A stretch of DNA of 64,000 nucleotides from Candidatus Cryptobacteroides sp. (lineage in GTDB: Bacteria; Bacteroidota; Bacteroidia; Bacteroidales; UBA932): positions 9,264 through 73,263 of the forward strand of contig JBGVPH010000012.1 of the NCBI GenBank assembly GCA_045126915.1, given 5' to 3'. Both the position numbers and the translations under genes were made by a program. The notes beneath the pieces are model-generated. The model saw only the letters and a list, made by a program, of their open reading frames with translations, was not told the origin of the DNA and did no database searches. Positions 25,519-36,507 of the stretch are shown here, piece by piece (the stretch's first letter is position 1; every line of letters starts with the position of its first letter).

Positions 25519-28386
25519 ATGATACCGTTTCTAAAACAGGTTGCAGACCATTATTATAATATAGGAGAGGCAGATAAATGCTGCTTCATCTTTCCTAACA
25601 GGAGATCGCTGGTGTTTTTCACCAGGCATCTGTGTCAAGCCGTAAAGGACAGTGACGTTCTGGCTCGTCCTATTGTTGCTCCTGAGATGCTCACAATCAA
25701 TGACTTCTTTCACAAGGTAGGAGGTATGCATTCTGTGGAAAGGGTAAGGCTTCTTATAGAATTGTATGATTGCTACAGGGAGTGTAACCCAAAGGCGGAG
25801 TCGTTGGATGAGTTCATATTCTGGGGAGATATAATCCTGTCTGACTTCAATGATGTCGACAAATATCTTGTCGATCCTAAGCAGTTGTTTGCAAATATCT
25901 CAGACATCAAGAAGATTCAGGATACATACACCTATCTCACTGATACTCAAAGAAAAGCCATTGAAGCATTTGTGAGCCATTTCAGTGATTTGTCTGGAAG
26001 ACTGACAGTAGAACTGGATTCTGAGGATCCTGATGTCAAGGGAAAGTTCCTGATGATCTGGAATATCCTTTATGACCTTTATGAACTCTTTAATACAAGG
26101 CTTAGAGAAAAGGGTATGGCCTATGAGGGAATGGTCTACAGACAGTTGGTGCAGAGACTTAAGACTGAGTCGGTTGAGGATGTCTTCAATGATCTATGGC
26201 AGGGTGATGTGAAGTTCGTGTTTGTAGGACTGAATGCTCTGAACGAATGCGAGAAGATGCTTCTGAGAAAGCTTCGCGATGCAGGAAGGGCGGAATTCTG
26301 CTGGGACTATTCCGGAAAAATGATCTCTGATCCAAAGAACCGTTCGTCTTTCTTTATGGCGGAGAATGTCGTGGAGTTTCCTCAGGCAGCTGTGTGGGAT
26401 AGGGAGGGATTGAACGTTCCGGAAATCAATGTTGTCAGTGTTCCTTCATCGACGGGTCAGGCCAAGAGACTCCCGGATGTGTTGAATGGCATAGGCAGCA
26501 GGACAGTCGCAGGGCTGACCGATTGTGCAATAGTCCTCCCGGATGAAACTTTGCTGTCTTCAGTCCTGAATTCCATTCCTGATGAGGTGGAAGACATCAA
26601 TGTCACAATGGGACTCCCAATGACAGGCAGCATATTGTATTCGATGATGTCGGATATTGCTGCAATCCAGCTTCATACAGTGAACAGGAAGGAAAAGTGG
26701 TATTTTTATCATAAGCAGGTCTGGGATCTGTTTGCAAATGACCTTTTCAGAAAGGCATCGGATCAAAAGACATTGGAGATCATTTCAAAGGTAAAGTCTG
26801 ATGCTGCATATTATATTTCTCAGGATGTTCTGTCAGGAACTCCTCTTCTGGATGCAGTATTCCGTCCTGTGATTGCAGATCAGAAACTTCAATCTGCAAG
26901 CCAGATAAAGGACTTTGCTGAGTATCAGAAACAGGTTCTGACTGCTGTGATCTCCTCGGTGACCGAGGATGTCGGGATGAATCTTGAACTTGAGTACGCT
27001 AAGGAATACTATAAGTGCGTGAATGTGTTGAAAGAAATAGACCTGGAGGTGCTGCCTGTGACCTATGTGAGGCTATTGAATCAGTTGCTTTCGGCTGTTT
27101 CTGTTCCTTTCCGGGGAGAGCCTCTCAAGGGTCTTCAGATTATGGGACCTCTGGAAACCAGAGCTTTGGATTTCAGGAATCTGGTGATTCTTTCTGCGAA
27201 TGAAGGTGTGTTCCCGAGACGCAATGTGAGTTCCTCTTTTGTCCCACCTGAACTGAGGAAAGGATTCGGATTGCCGACCTATGAATACCAGGATGCCGTC
27301 TGGGCCTACTATTTCTACAGAATGATTTCTCGTGCAGAGAAGGTGTGGATGTTCACTGACACACGTACAGAGGGCCTGAAATCGGGAGAAGAAAGCAGAT
27401 ACATTAAGCAGTTGGAATATCATTTCAATATTCCTCTGAAGAGATACGTCGTGCGATTTGACAACATGAAGACGGCTAAGGTGGAGGACATCGTCAAGAC
27501 TGCGGATGATGTCAGAAAGATCAAGGAGACCGTGTTGTCAGCAACGACAGTTCAGAATTATCTTGCATGTCCTGCGAAGTTCTATTACGGAACCGTAAAG
27601 GAACTTAAAGCAGAAGAGGAAGTTGCCGAGTCTCTTGACTATGGAATGTTCGGAACCGTCTATCACGAGACCATGCGCTCGCTCTATGCTTCTGACAGGA
27701 TGACAGCAAAGGATATTCAGTCTTGGCTTGGCAGGGAAGACGAGATTAAGTCGAAGATCAAGGAGCTGATAATTGATGAGCTGAATCTGATGGAAGTGAG
27801 CGGCAGGAACCTGGTTGTCACTGATGTGATTCTGAAATATGTTATGAAGACCCTGCAGAGAGATCTGGAACTGCTCGAGAAGGAGGGTGTTGATTTCTTT
27901 GAGGTTCTTGGCAGGGAGGTCAAGGTCAGTGGTGAATTCAAGGGTCAGAAGTTCAAAGGCTTCATAGACAGATTGGACAGTTTCCATCCGGGTCAGGTGA
28001 GGGTAGTGGACTACAAGACCGGAAAAGTCCTGGATGATGATGAGAAGATAAATGATGATAATGCACTGGCAATTGCTGAGGATATATTTGCTGAAGATAT
28101 CAAGGAACGGCCTAAGATTGCACTTCAGTTCTTCATATATGACATGCTTGTGCAGAATCATCCTCTTGCTAGGGGGAAGCAGCTCTTCAACTGTGTCTAT
28201 TCAACAGCCGGACTTTTCAAGGAACCTCCTCTGAATGTACCTCGGAATGAGATGTTCTTCAATGCTGTCTCAGAGCGGCTGGAGAATACTCTGGAAGAAA
28301 TGTATTCGCTGGATGTTCCGTTCCGACGTACTAAGGATGAGAAGGTGTGCGAATACTGTGATTTCAAGATGATCTGTGGACGTTAA
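25519..28386 (+). CDS. addB: AddB-like PD-(D/E)XK nuclease subunit
   Basis: FPNRR..F, QIMGPLETR.LDF, GFIDRLD..VRVVDYKTG; Fe-S cysteines LACP...CEYCDF..IC. Confidence 0.85.
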   Translation: MIPFLKQVADHYYNIGEADKCCFIFPNRRSLVFFTRHLCQAVKDSDVLARPIVAPEMLTINDFFHKVGGMHSVERVRLLIELYDCYRECNPKAESLDEFIFWGDIILSDFNDVDKYLVDPKQLFANISDIKKIQDTYTYLTDTQRKAIEAFVSHFSDLSGRLTVELDSEDPDVKGKFLMIWNILYDLYELFNTRLREKGMAYEGMVYRQLVQRLKTESVEDVFNDLWQGDVKFVFVGLNALNECEKMLLRKLRDAGRAEFCWDYSGKMISDPKNRSSFFMAENVVEFPQAAVWDREGLNVPEINVVSVPSSTGQAKRLPDVLNGIGSRTVAGLTDCAIVLPDETLLSSVLNSIPDEVEDINVTMGLPMTGSILYSMMSDIAAIQLHTVNRKEKWYFYHKQVWDLFANDLFRKASDQKTLEIISKVKSDAAYYISQDVLSGTPLLDAVFRPVIADQKLQSASQIKDFAEYQKQVLTAVISSVTEDVGMNLELEYAKEYYKCVNVLKEIDLEVLPVTYVRLLNQLLSAVSVPFRGEPLKGLQIMGPLETRALDFRNLVILSANEGVFPRRNVSSSFVPPELRKGFGLPTYEYQDAVWAYYFYRMISRAEKVWMFTDTRTEGLKSGEESRYIKQLEYHFNIPLKRYVVRFDNMKTAKVEDIVKTADDVRKIKETVLSATTVQNYLACPAKFYYGTVKELKAEEEVAESLDYGMFGTVYHETMRSLYASDRMTAKDIQSWLGREDEIKSKIKELIIDELNLMEVSGRNLVVTDVILKYVMKTLQRDLELLEKEGVDFFEVLGREVKVSGEFKGQKFKGFIDRLDSFHPGQVRVVDYKTGKVLDDDEKINDDNALAIAEDIFAEDIKERPKIALQFFIYDMLVQNHPLARGKQLFNCVYSTAGLFKEPPLNVPRNEMFFNAVSERLENTLEEMYSLDVPFRRTKDEKVCEYCDFKMICGR

Positions 28387-28397
28387 AAGTTAAGGTT

Positions 28398-31300
28398 ATG
28401 TTGCAATTGATGAAGGCTTCTGCCGGTTCCGGCAAGACATACAGTCTGGCAAGACAATACATATCCCTTCTTCTGAAGAGTAATGACAGATACGCCTACA
28501 GGCATATTCTCGCCGTGACCTTTACCAACAAGGCCACAGACGAGATGAAGAACCGTATCCTCAAGGAACTATACATTATGTCAACCGATCCGTCAAGGTC
28601 AGGATACAGGAGCTGGTTCATCCCTTCGCTTTTCCCTGATGAGGCGGCAATGCAGGATAAGGCCGGTAAGGTACTCCAGGACATACTCCACGATTATAGT
28701 GCGTTTGCAGTCAGTACAATAGACCGCTTCTTTCAGCAGACCCTAAAGGCATTTTCACGAGAAATAGGCCATTTTGCATCCTATCAGGTGGAACTTGATA
28801 AGGATTCTCTTGTTGCAGAAAGTGTAGACCGTATTCTGGATTCGCTTACTGAGGAAAATTCCGGCCTTCTTGCCTGGCTTACTGATAACGTTCTGGAACA
28901 GATAGAACAGGGTGGCCGATATAATATGGATGCCAATCTCCTTGAGATGGCGAAGAGATTGAAATCTCCTCAGAGACAGACTGCCATAGAGCAGACCGGA
29001 GTGGATCCGGAGTTGCTGTCATCGAAGGAGAATCTGCTTGCAATCAGAGAAAGATGCCGTGAGATCAGAACTGCATTCAAGGAAAGTCTTCAGAATAGTG
29101 CAAAGCAGGCTGTAGATGTAATGGAGTCCGTCGGTGTGCACCCTGATGAGAGTTACAGGAAATTTCTCGGCAAGCTATATGACTATGTAGAGATAGATGA
29201 GCAGGAAGGAATAGAGCCCCCTAAGGATACCTTCTTTGCAAGGGCGGCTGATCATGAGCAATGGTTCACAAAGGCTAAGGCAAAGACGCTTCTTCCGCTG
29301 GTTTACCCTTATCTTGAAGCTCCTCTCAATGATTTCTGTGATCTCTGGGGACGTGAATACGCAGTCTACAACACTGCAAAGATACTTGATGACCAGCTTT
29401 ATGGCCTTGGAGTGGCTTCTGAACTGTCCCGAACTTTTCAGGAACTGATGAAGGAAAAGAATGTGCTTTGCATCGATGATTCGAATGATCTTCTCCGGGA
29501 CATCATTGATGGTTCGGATGCTCCGTTCGTTTATGAGAAACTGGGAGTAAGATTCGAACATTTTCTTCTGGATGAGTTTCAGGACACTTCCGAAGTGCAG
29601 TGGAGAAATTTCAGCCCTCTTCTGAAGAACAGTGAGTCTCAGGGAGGTGAGAATCTCATTGTTGGTGATGTGAAGCAGAGTATCTATCGCTGGAGAGGGT
29701 CGGACTGGAAACTTCTTGATGAAACAGTTCCTGCGGAGTTTGATGGATATAAGGAGACGGTGCTGGATACTAATTACAGAAGCCTGTCTAACATCATAGG
29801 GTTCAATAACGACTTCTTCAATGCAGCAGCAAAGGCACTCGATGCTCTTGATGGAAAAACAGATTATGGACCTATGGCAAGAATCTATGCTGATGTCAGT
29901 CAGAAGGTAGCGCAGAATGACAAGCCGGGAGGAAGTGTTGCCCTTACATTCTGCAATGCGGATGATGAGTTGGAGCATGTTCTTAGATCGGTGCATAAAG
30001 CTCAGGGTGCAGGTGCGCAGCTGTCAGACATTGCTGTACTTGTCAGAAGCAATGCAACAGGAGAATCTGTGGCATCCTACCTGATAGAAAACGGAATAGA
30101 TGTAGTTACAGATGATTCTCTCAAGGTCAAGAATGCCTTGACTGTGCGTCGTTTGGTGTCTCTGATGTCAAATGTGGACAATCCGGATGATACCGTCAGT
30201 GGCTTTCTGGCAGAAATGATGGATGTCGATGTTCCTGACAGTGGTGCATCACTGATTGATATGACTGAAAGCCTTCTGCGCAGCATTCAGGTGGGAGAGG
30301 ATGATTCCTGGAAAGGGGAACTCCTTCATATACAGTCCTTTATGGACAATATTCAGGATTATGTGTCAAAGAATGGCAACTCGCTCAGAGGCTTCTTGAA
30401 ATACTGGGAAGGGGAGAATCCGTCGATCAGCTCTCCATCTTCGGGAGAAAGCGTTCGAGTGATGACTATCCATAAGTCCAAAGGACTGGATTTTCCATAT
30501 GTGATAATTCCTTTTGCGGAAAACATTTCTCTGTTCAAGGCAGACAATCATTGGTGTCGTCCGGATATCCGGGGAACCCATCTTGAGGATGTTGCTGACG
30601 GAATCTATGATGTGAAGCTGTCAAAATCTACTGAAAATTCCCTCTTTGCGGAGGATTATCAGAAAGAGAATTTCCTACAGAGGGTGGATAATATCAACAC
30701 CCTGTATGTTGCTATGACAAGAGCAGCACTTGGTATGCACATAATTGCAAAGACCCCTTCTGCAGATTGCAGAAAGGCTGTGGAAGAAGGCAGGTTACCT
30801 GATTTCAAGGACTTTTCCCAGATTCTTTACTGGTATGTCTCGGGACTGAGTTTTTCAGGTGTCCGTACAGGTGCCGATGAGGACTCCCAGTGGTTTGAAA
30901 TCGGAGATATTGTGGATTTCAACAGTCATAGAAAAGAATCTCGTACACAGACTCTTGCCTTCCCTATGACAGACGGATCCGAGTTCCCTTCGTTCCGTGT
31001 CCGCGGAAGATTGAAACTGTCTGCTGACGCTGCTGATTTCTTCAAGGAAGATGAGGCTGGTGTCTCAGCTTCCAACCGTATCAGAGGAATTGTCCTTCAT
31101 GACATTCTTGCACAGGTGAAGACAAGTCATGATCTGAGATCTGCTGTAGACTATGCCAGGATGTCCGGCGATCTTACTGCTGAGGAGGCGGAAACGGCGT
31201 TTGATCTGTTGAGGACTGCCATTGATTCGGTGCAGGAAAGAGGTTGGTTTGCAGACGATGTAACGCAGATGTACAATGAGGTCTCGCTCATCGACACCGA

Positions 31301-31496
31301 TGGTGAGATATCTCGTCCCGATAGGGTGATGATACGAAACGGCAAAGTTGTGATAGTAGACTACAAGTTCGGCGAGCATCAGAGGAAATATGAAACTCAG
31401 GTGAGAAAATATATGGATATATGGCACAGGATGGGATATGAGGGGGTTTCCGGATTTCTATGGTATGTTGATGCCTTAACTGTCGTTGAAGTGTAG
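28398..31496 (+). CDS. addA: AddA-like UvrD helicase-nuclease
   Basis: ASAGSGKT, AVTFTNKAT, LDEFQDTS, VGDVKQSIYRWRG, TIHKSKGL, YVAMTRA, RPDRV...VDYKFG. Confidence 0.9.
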   Translation: MLQLMKASAGSGKTYSLARQYISLLLKSNDRYAYRHILAVTFTNKATDEMKNRILKELYIMSTDPSRSGYRSWFIPSLFPDEAAMQDKAGKVLQDILHDYSAFAVSTIDRFFQQTLKAFSREIGHFASYQVELDKDSLVAESVDRILDSLTEENSGLLAWLTDNVLEQIEQGGRYNMDANLLEMAKRLKSPQRQTAIEQTGVDPELLSSKENLLAIRERCREIRTAFKESLQNSAKQAVDVMESVGVHPDESYRKFLGKLYDYVEIDEQEGIEPPKDTFFARAADHEQWFTKAKAKTLLPLVYPYLEAPLNDFCDLWGREYAVYNTAKILDDQLYGLGVASELSRTFQELMKEKNVLCIDDSNDLLRDIIDGSDAPFVYEKLGVRFEHFLLDEFQDTSEVQWRNFSPLLKNSESQGGENLIVGDVKQSIYRWRGSDWKLLDETVPAEFDGYKETVLDTNYRSLSNIIGFNNDFFNAAAKALDALDGKTDYGPMARIYADVSQKVAQNDKPGGSVALTFCNADDELEHVLRSVHKAQGAGAQLSDIAVLVRSNATGESVASYLIENGIDVVTDDSLKVKNALTVRRLVSLMSNVDNPDDTVSGFLAEMMDVDVPDSGASLIDMTESLLRSIQVGEDDSWKGELLHIQSFMDNIQDYVSKNGNSLRGFLKYWEGENPSISSPSSGESVRVMTIHKSKGLDFPYVIIPFAENISLFKADNHWCRPDIRGTHLEDVADGIYDVKLSKSTENSLFAEDYQKENFLQRVDNINTLYVAMTRAALGMHIIAKTPSADCRKAVEEGRLPDFKDFSQILYWYVSGLSFSGVRTGADEDSQWFEIGDIVDFNSHRKESRTQTLAFPMTDGSEFPSFRVRGRLKLSADAADFFKEDEAGVSASNRIRGIVLHDILAQVKTSHDLRSAVDYARMSGDLTAEEAETAFDLLRTAIDSVQERGWFADDVTQMYNEVSLIDTDGEISRPDRVMIRNGKVVIVDYKFGEHQRKYETQVRKYMDIWHRMGYEGVSGFLWYVDALTVVEV

Positions 31497-31534
31497 AAAA
31501 TTTATTATCTTTGTCAGTTAGGAAAATTAGGATT

Positions 31535-32209
31535 ATGGATATCGAAAATAAAGAAATAGAGACTTGCAAACTCCTCTACAATACGGAGAGAGTAAGATTG
31601 TATATTCCTGAGTATGGACGTAATGTGCAGAAGATGGTGGATTATCTCAAGACCATCGAGGACAGGGAAAAGAGGAACGAGCAGGCAAGAGCCATTATCA
31701 AAGTCATGGAGATAATCAACCCCGCGGTTCATCTTCAGGACAACTTTGAACAGAAACTCTGGGACCATCTTCACATTATTTCAGGCTTCGATCTGGATGT
31801 TGATTCTCCTTATCCTGCACCAGCTCCGGAAATTCTGAATGACCGTCCGCAGCCGGTTGATATCAATAAGAAACCTATCAAGGCCACACACTATGGCCGC
31901 AATATAGAAAGCATCATCGATCTTATCGCAGAGAAGGAAGATGGTGAGGAGAAGACAGCGATGATCCGTTCTCTCGCTATATACATGCGTCAGCAGTATC
32001 TCATCTGGAACAAGGACACCGTGTCTGACGAGACAATCTTCCAGGATATCGAAAAACTGTCGGACAACAGGATTCGTGTACCGGAAGGATTACAGCTCTC
32101 TAAAGTCGGACAGGAGGCAAACTTCTCTAAGCCTGGTTTCAATCAGTCCAAGAGAATGAATAATCAGCGTCAGAGAAACGGAATGAAGAACAGGAAACAG
32201 AGAAAGTGA
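31535..32209 (+). CDS. DUF4290 domain protein
   Basis: YNTER..L.IPEYGRNVQKMV, KLWDHL.IISGF.LDVDSPYP, HYGRNI; tatctttg box upstream. Confidence 0.82.
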   Translation: MDIENKEIETCKLLYNTERVRLYIPEYGRNVQKMVDYLKTIEDREKRNEQARAIIKVMEIINPAVHLQDNFEQKLWDHLHIISGFDLDVDSPYPAPAPEILNDRPQPVDINKKPIKATHYGRNIESIIDLIAEKEDGEEKTAMIRSLAIYMRQQYLIWNKDTVSDETIFQDIEKLSDNRIRVPEGLQLSKVGQEANFSKPGFNQSKRMNNQRQRNGMKNRKQRK

Positions 32210-34647
32210 TGGCATTGAAGAAGAAATCAGAAAAGAACTCCAGAAAGAAGAAGATTTCATTCTGGAACAGATTGTCGGATGACAGAAAATCCACCCTGCT
32301 TAAATATGCGGGCTGGACAATGGCTGCATTCTCTGTCATAACCTTGATTTCAGTATTTTCATATCTCTTTACCTGGCAGGCTGACCAGAGCCTTCTTTCT
32401 AGGCCGGATATGATGGACAAGAGCGTGGATGTTCAGAATTGGGGAGGAAAGCTGGGATACAGATGGAGTTCCTTCCTTGTTACAGATTGTTTTGGTCTTG
32501 GCAGTTTTGCACTAGTATTTCTTTTCTGCGCCATCGCGTACCGTCTTTTCTTCTGGAAGAGAAGTATAGGACTGCTTAAGATGACATTCGTTTCTTTGCT
32601 CGCATCGTTGATGTCTTCCCTTGTCTTGGCGTTTGGCGCTGATAAGTTTGGTGCAGATACATCTTTTGGCGGTGGCCTCGGCGGTTATGCCGGATCGGCA
32701 GTGGTTCAGATGATGGAGAATCTTCTGGGGTCTGTCGGTGCTGGTCTTGTTATTGTGCTTCTTGCGGTGGCTCTCCTGCTATTTGCAAGCGGGCGGTTTG
32801 AAGCTTGGTTCTCAAACTTTGGCGAGACTGAAGAAAGACCTGAGGAAGCACCAGAAGAAGCACCGGAAGAAGATGTTGAGGCGGATGAGGAAGATGATGT
32901 GGAATCAGAGGATGCAACGGACGATACTGAGGAAGAAATCGAGGAAGGTGAGATATTAGAAGATGATTCTTCTGTTGATGAAACAGAAATTGAGATAGAA
33001 ACGGAGGGTGGCGTCCCGGAAGATTCTGAAATGGAAGTCATAGTGGGCGAAGAACTTTCTACAGACATAAAGGAGGAACTTCCTTGGATTGATGTACGCG
33101 AGGAGCTTGAGAGATTTCAGTTTCCACCGCTTGATCTCCTCAATGACTATTCGGAAGGTAAGCGTGAGGTGAGCAAGGAAGAACTCGAACTGAACAACAA
33201 CAGGATTCGCACGACCCTTCTGAACTATAAGATCAAAGTGGATAAGGTCTCGGCAGTTGTCGGCCCGACTGTCACTCTCTATAAGGTGGTTCCTGCTCCA
33301 GGTGTGAAGATATCAGCAATCGAGAATCTTAGAAAGGAAATCGGTCTTTCGCTTGGCGCCAAGGGTGTCCGTGTGGTTACACTTGCAGACTCTGTGGGTA
33401 TTGAGGTTGCAAACAATCACCCTTCTATAGTTCCTTTGAAGGCAATGTTGAATGATGATGCCTTCCGTAACAGCAAGGCTGAACTACCTGTAGCAATCGG
33501 TTATACCATTACTCAGAAAGTCAAGACATTTGATCTTACTGATGCACCGCATCTTCTTGTTGCCGGAGCTACCAAGCAGGGTAAGTCTGTCGGATTGAAC
33601 GTCATCATATCATCACTTCTTTACGCTAAGCATCCTTCTGAACTCAAGTTCGTCTTCATCGACCCGAAGATGGTGGAGTTTACAGCATATAACTCGCTTC
33701 TCAAACACTATCTTGCAGTTCTTCCAATGGCTGTAAGCGAGGATGACGAAAGAGAGAATGCCATCATCAAGCAGCCTAAGCAGGCTGAGAATGTGCTTAA
33801 TTCCCTCTGCATAGAGATGGATGAAAGATACAAGCTTCTTGCTGCAGCAGGAGTCAATGACATCAAACTCTACAATGCCAAATATAAGGAAAGACATCTT
33901 CTCCCGACAGAAGGACACAAGCATCTTCCTTACCTCGTTGTAGTAATCGATGAGTATGCAGACCTTACAATGGCCGGAGGTAGCGGTGGCGATGCAAGAA
34001 AGACATCAAAGAACATAAGTGACTACATTGTCCGACTTGCTCAGAAAGGTCGTGCAGCCGGCATCCATGTTATCATTGCTACCCAGCGTCCTTCGGTGAA
34101 TGTCATCACAGGTCTCATCAAGACAAACTTCCCTACACGTATCGCATTCCGAGTTGTGGGAAGGGTTGATTCTCAGACTATCCTTGACACGACCGGTGCA
34201 GAGAACCTTATCGGTAGGGGAGATATGCTTTACTATGCCGGTGTCGAGATGGAACGAGTACAGTGTGCTTTGGTAAGCATGGCTGAGATCAATAAGATCA
34301 CAGATTATATTGGAGCCCAGACAGGCTACAAGCAGTGCTACTCAACTCCTTACTATCTGCCTGTGCCTGAATCACAGGACGGTGAGACGAGTGGAGGAAC
34401 TATAGATATGCAGAACATTGACCCGATGTTTGAGGAAGCTGCGAGGATGGTGGTGACTTCCCAGAAGGGCTCGACATCAGATCTTCAGAGACGTCTCGGT
34501 ATGGGATATGCAAGAGCAGGACGTGTGATGGATCAGCTTGAGGCGGCAGGTGTTGTGGGTCCTCAGGAAGGCTCAAAGCCACGTCAGGTGCTTGTGACAA
34601 CCTTCAATGAACTTGATGAAATCCTGGCAGCATTTGTAAAGGATTAG
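32209..34647 (+). CDS. ftsK: DNA translocase FtsK
   Basis: N-terminal TM domain, acidic linker, HLLVAGATKQGKS, IDPKMVE, VIDEYADL, ATQRPSV, LIGRGDML, gamma domain LQRRLGMGYARAGRVMDQLE. Confidence 0.95.
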   Translation: MALKKKSEKNSRKKKISFWNRLSDDRKSTLLKYAGWTMAAFSVITLISVFSYLFTWQADQSLLSRPDMMDKSVDVQNWGGKLGYRWSSFLVTDCFGLGSFALVFLFCAIAYRLFFWKRSIGLLKMTFVSLLASLMSSLVLAFGADKFGADTSFGGGLGGYAGSAVVQMMENLLGSVGAGLVIVLLAVALLLFASGRFEAWFSNFGETEERPEEAPEEAPEEDVEADEEDDVESEDATDDTEEEIEEGEILEDDSSVDETEIEIETEGGVPEDSEMEVIVGEELSTDIKEELPWIDVREELERFQFPPLDLLNDYSEGKREVSKEELELNNNRIRTTLLNYKIKVDKVSAVVGPTVTLYKVVPAPGVKISAIENLRKEIGLSLGAKGVRVVTLADSVGIEVANNHPSIVPLKAMLNDDAFRNSKAELPVAIGYTITQKVKTFDLTDAPHLLVAGATKQGKSVGLNVIISSLLYAKHPSELKFVFIDPKMVEFTAYNSLLKHYLAVLPMAVSEDDERENAIIKQPKQAENVLNSLCIEMDERYKLLAAAGVNDIKLYNAKYKERHLLPTEGHKHLPYLVVVIDEYADLTMAGGSGGDARKTSKNISDYIVRLAQKGRAAGIHVIIATQRPSVNVITGLIKTNFPTRIAFRVVGRVDSQTILDTTGAENLIGRGDMLYYAGVEMERVQCALVSMAEINKITDYIGAQTGYKQCYSTPYYLPVPESQDGETSGGTIDMQNIDPMFEEAARMVVTSQKGSTSDLQRRLGMGYARAGRVMDQLEAAGVVGPQEGSKPRQVLVTTFNELDEILAAFVKD

Positions 34648-34649
34648 TA

Positions 34650-35276
34650 ATGAAAAAGATAACAATGTTTTTTATGGTGCTTCTGCAATTCTTTGCAGGG
34701 GCACTTTCTGCTCAGAATGATTCAGTGTTGCAGTCCCTCTATACGAGGATGACTGATTCCTGTGTCACAATGGATTATTCCTATGTCTTGAAGTCATCAG
34801 ATATCAAGACTACGGGAGATGGTAATATTTTGCTTCAGGGCAGTAATTATGTGATGAAGGGAAACGGATTGCAGATCAATTGCGAGGGCAATACGATGTG
34901 GATTATAGATCCTGAGGGAAAGGAAGTGATCATGCAACCCGCATCTGAAGGAGAGCAGGCTTATATGGATAATCCGGTACTTCTTTTTGTTGATATGCCT
35001 GAGTTGTTCAATGTTGACAGTGTCAGAAGGGACGGTCAGGTGAGCGACTACACCTTGTCTCCATCTGTTTCATGCGGAATAAAGTCTGCGATGATTGAAG
35101 TGGCCTCAGATGCTAAGTCATCTGTAATAACTTCTGCTCATTTTTCCCTTTCTGACGGTGGCGAACTCGATATAAAGATAAAGTCAATGACATTTTCAGA
35201 GAAAAAGCCATTGACCTCATTCTTTTATGATGTTTCAGGACTTGATTCGTCCTGGCTGATTACCGATCTCAGATAA
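34650..35276 (+). CDS. LolA-like outer-membrane lipoprotein carrier
   Basis: signal peptide; G.ILLQG..Y..K......C.G..MW....KEV; follows ftsK as is typical. Confidence 0.65.
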   Translation: MKKITMFFMVLLQFFAGALSAQNDSVLQSLYTRMTDSCVTMDYSYVLKSSDIKTTGDGNILLQGSNYVMKGNGLQINCEGNTMWIIDPEGKEVIMQPASEGEQAYMDNPVLLFVDMPELFNVDSVRRDGQVSDYTLSPSVSCGIKSAMIEVASDAKSSVITSAHFSLSDGGELDIKIKSMTFSEKKPLTSFFYDVSGLDSSWLITDLR

Positions 35277-36419
35277 TTACTGAGCCTCTCTCACACAGCG
35301 GACAGATGCTCCGAAGGTTTCCTTATTTCCCTTGCCGATCATGAAATGCGGCATGTTGCCGTATACGTATCTGTAATACGCCAGATCTTCTTCACCTTCC
35401 ACCTCATCGGCTGTCCAGAATACTGAGTAGTCGTAGAGACCCTCGAATGTTGCGTCAGGGAAATTAGAACCGGATTTAACTGCCGGTGTTACTCCGAGGT
35501 TTGCATAGCCTGTAGGAAGGAATGCCAATCCGCTACGGTTGTTGATGTCTCCGACTGCAGGCCAGTATGTCCACATCTCTTCTGTGTTGAAGCTTGCGTT
35601 AACCATAAGCTGTGCAGCAATTGTCGGTGTTCCGTTCACTTCCTTATCCCAATAGATGTTGCTATACTCTTTGACCTCAGGAGCCTTGTCGTTTCCTCTG
35701 AGAGTCCATTCCACCATATCCAACCAATCTCTCTCAGTCGGGAGATACCATTCTCCGTTACCGATGCTCTTGCAGACATTCACTGCGTCCTCATAGTTGT
35801 AGTAGCGTCCGAATACTCCGGCCATAGGCTCTGCATTTCTGAAAGGTACTCCGTAGTTGTCACCCTCGTATACATTGGAGTTGATCCAGTCACGGTTTCC
35901 GATTGTAATGTAGCGGTAGCTTGTGCCCTCTACATCATAAGTGTCATCGTAGATGCCGGAATTTGTGATTGAACCATTGTATCCGCTCTTTACCAGAGTC
36001 GTATACGACATTGCAGACGAACTTGTGTATCCTGATGCGAATGCATAACAATAGATTGTATATGTGCCAAGCGAATCCTTGATCACATATTCAAAAGAAC
36101 CGTCTGAAGGATTACCACCTTCTGTCCTTTTATCTGTTCCGTTCTCAAAACGCGTTGTGTCGAATTTCTCCATAAGGGGAGCAACCTTCCAGCAGTATCC
36201 GACTCCCTTGCCCTCTGGATGAGTCACACCTGACGGCTTGAGTTTCAAAGTTCTTGATGCTACTGATGAGGCATCCACAAAGTCCTCGATTCCTGATATG
36301 GTAACGGTTCCACTTAGGTATGGAAGTGCTGTGCTTTCTTCTTCTTTCTTGCATGAAAGTGCTGCAAGGACTGTCAATGTCAGGAGTATGGTTGTTTTAA
36401 GAGTCTTAAAGCTCATCAT
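35277..36419 (-). CDS. FISUMP-domain (Fibrobacter succinogenes major paralogous) lipoprotein
   Basis: lipobox LSC-KKEEES; ITIGNRDW...N, GRYYNYEDA..VC....WYLPT..DW, SGLAFLPTG, FWTA, GASVRCV. Confidence 0.8.
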   Translation of the reverse strand: MMSFKTLKTTILLTLTVLAALSCKKEEESTALPYLSGTVTISGIEDFVDASSVASRTLKLKPSGVTHPEGKGVGYCWKVAPLMEKFDTTRFENGTDKRTEGGNPSDGSFEYVIKDSLGTYTIYCYAFASGYTSSSAMSYTTLVKSGYNGSITNSGIYDDTYDVEGTSYRYITIGNRDWINSNVYEGDNYGVPFRNAEPMAGVFGRYYNYEDAVNVCKSIGNGEWYLPTERDWLDMVEWTLRGNDKAPEVKEYSNIYWDKEVNGTPTIAAQLMVNASFNTEEMWTYWPAVGDINNRSGLAFLPTGYANLGVTPAVKSGSNFPDATFEGLYDYSVFWTADEVEGEEDLAYYRYVYGNMPHFMIGKGNKETFGASVRCVREAQ

Positions 36420-36507
36420 ATTTGATTTAGTGATACAAACGTGCAAATATGCGCATTTTAATTTGAAAAACCGCTATCTTTGTGCAAATACTTTGCCTGT
36501 CTGCCAT

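Noticed and set aside
32825-33030. Glu/Asp-rich repeats in FtsK
   Set aside because: Ordinary low-complexity FtsK linker
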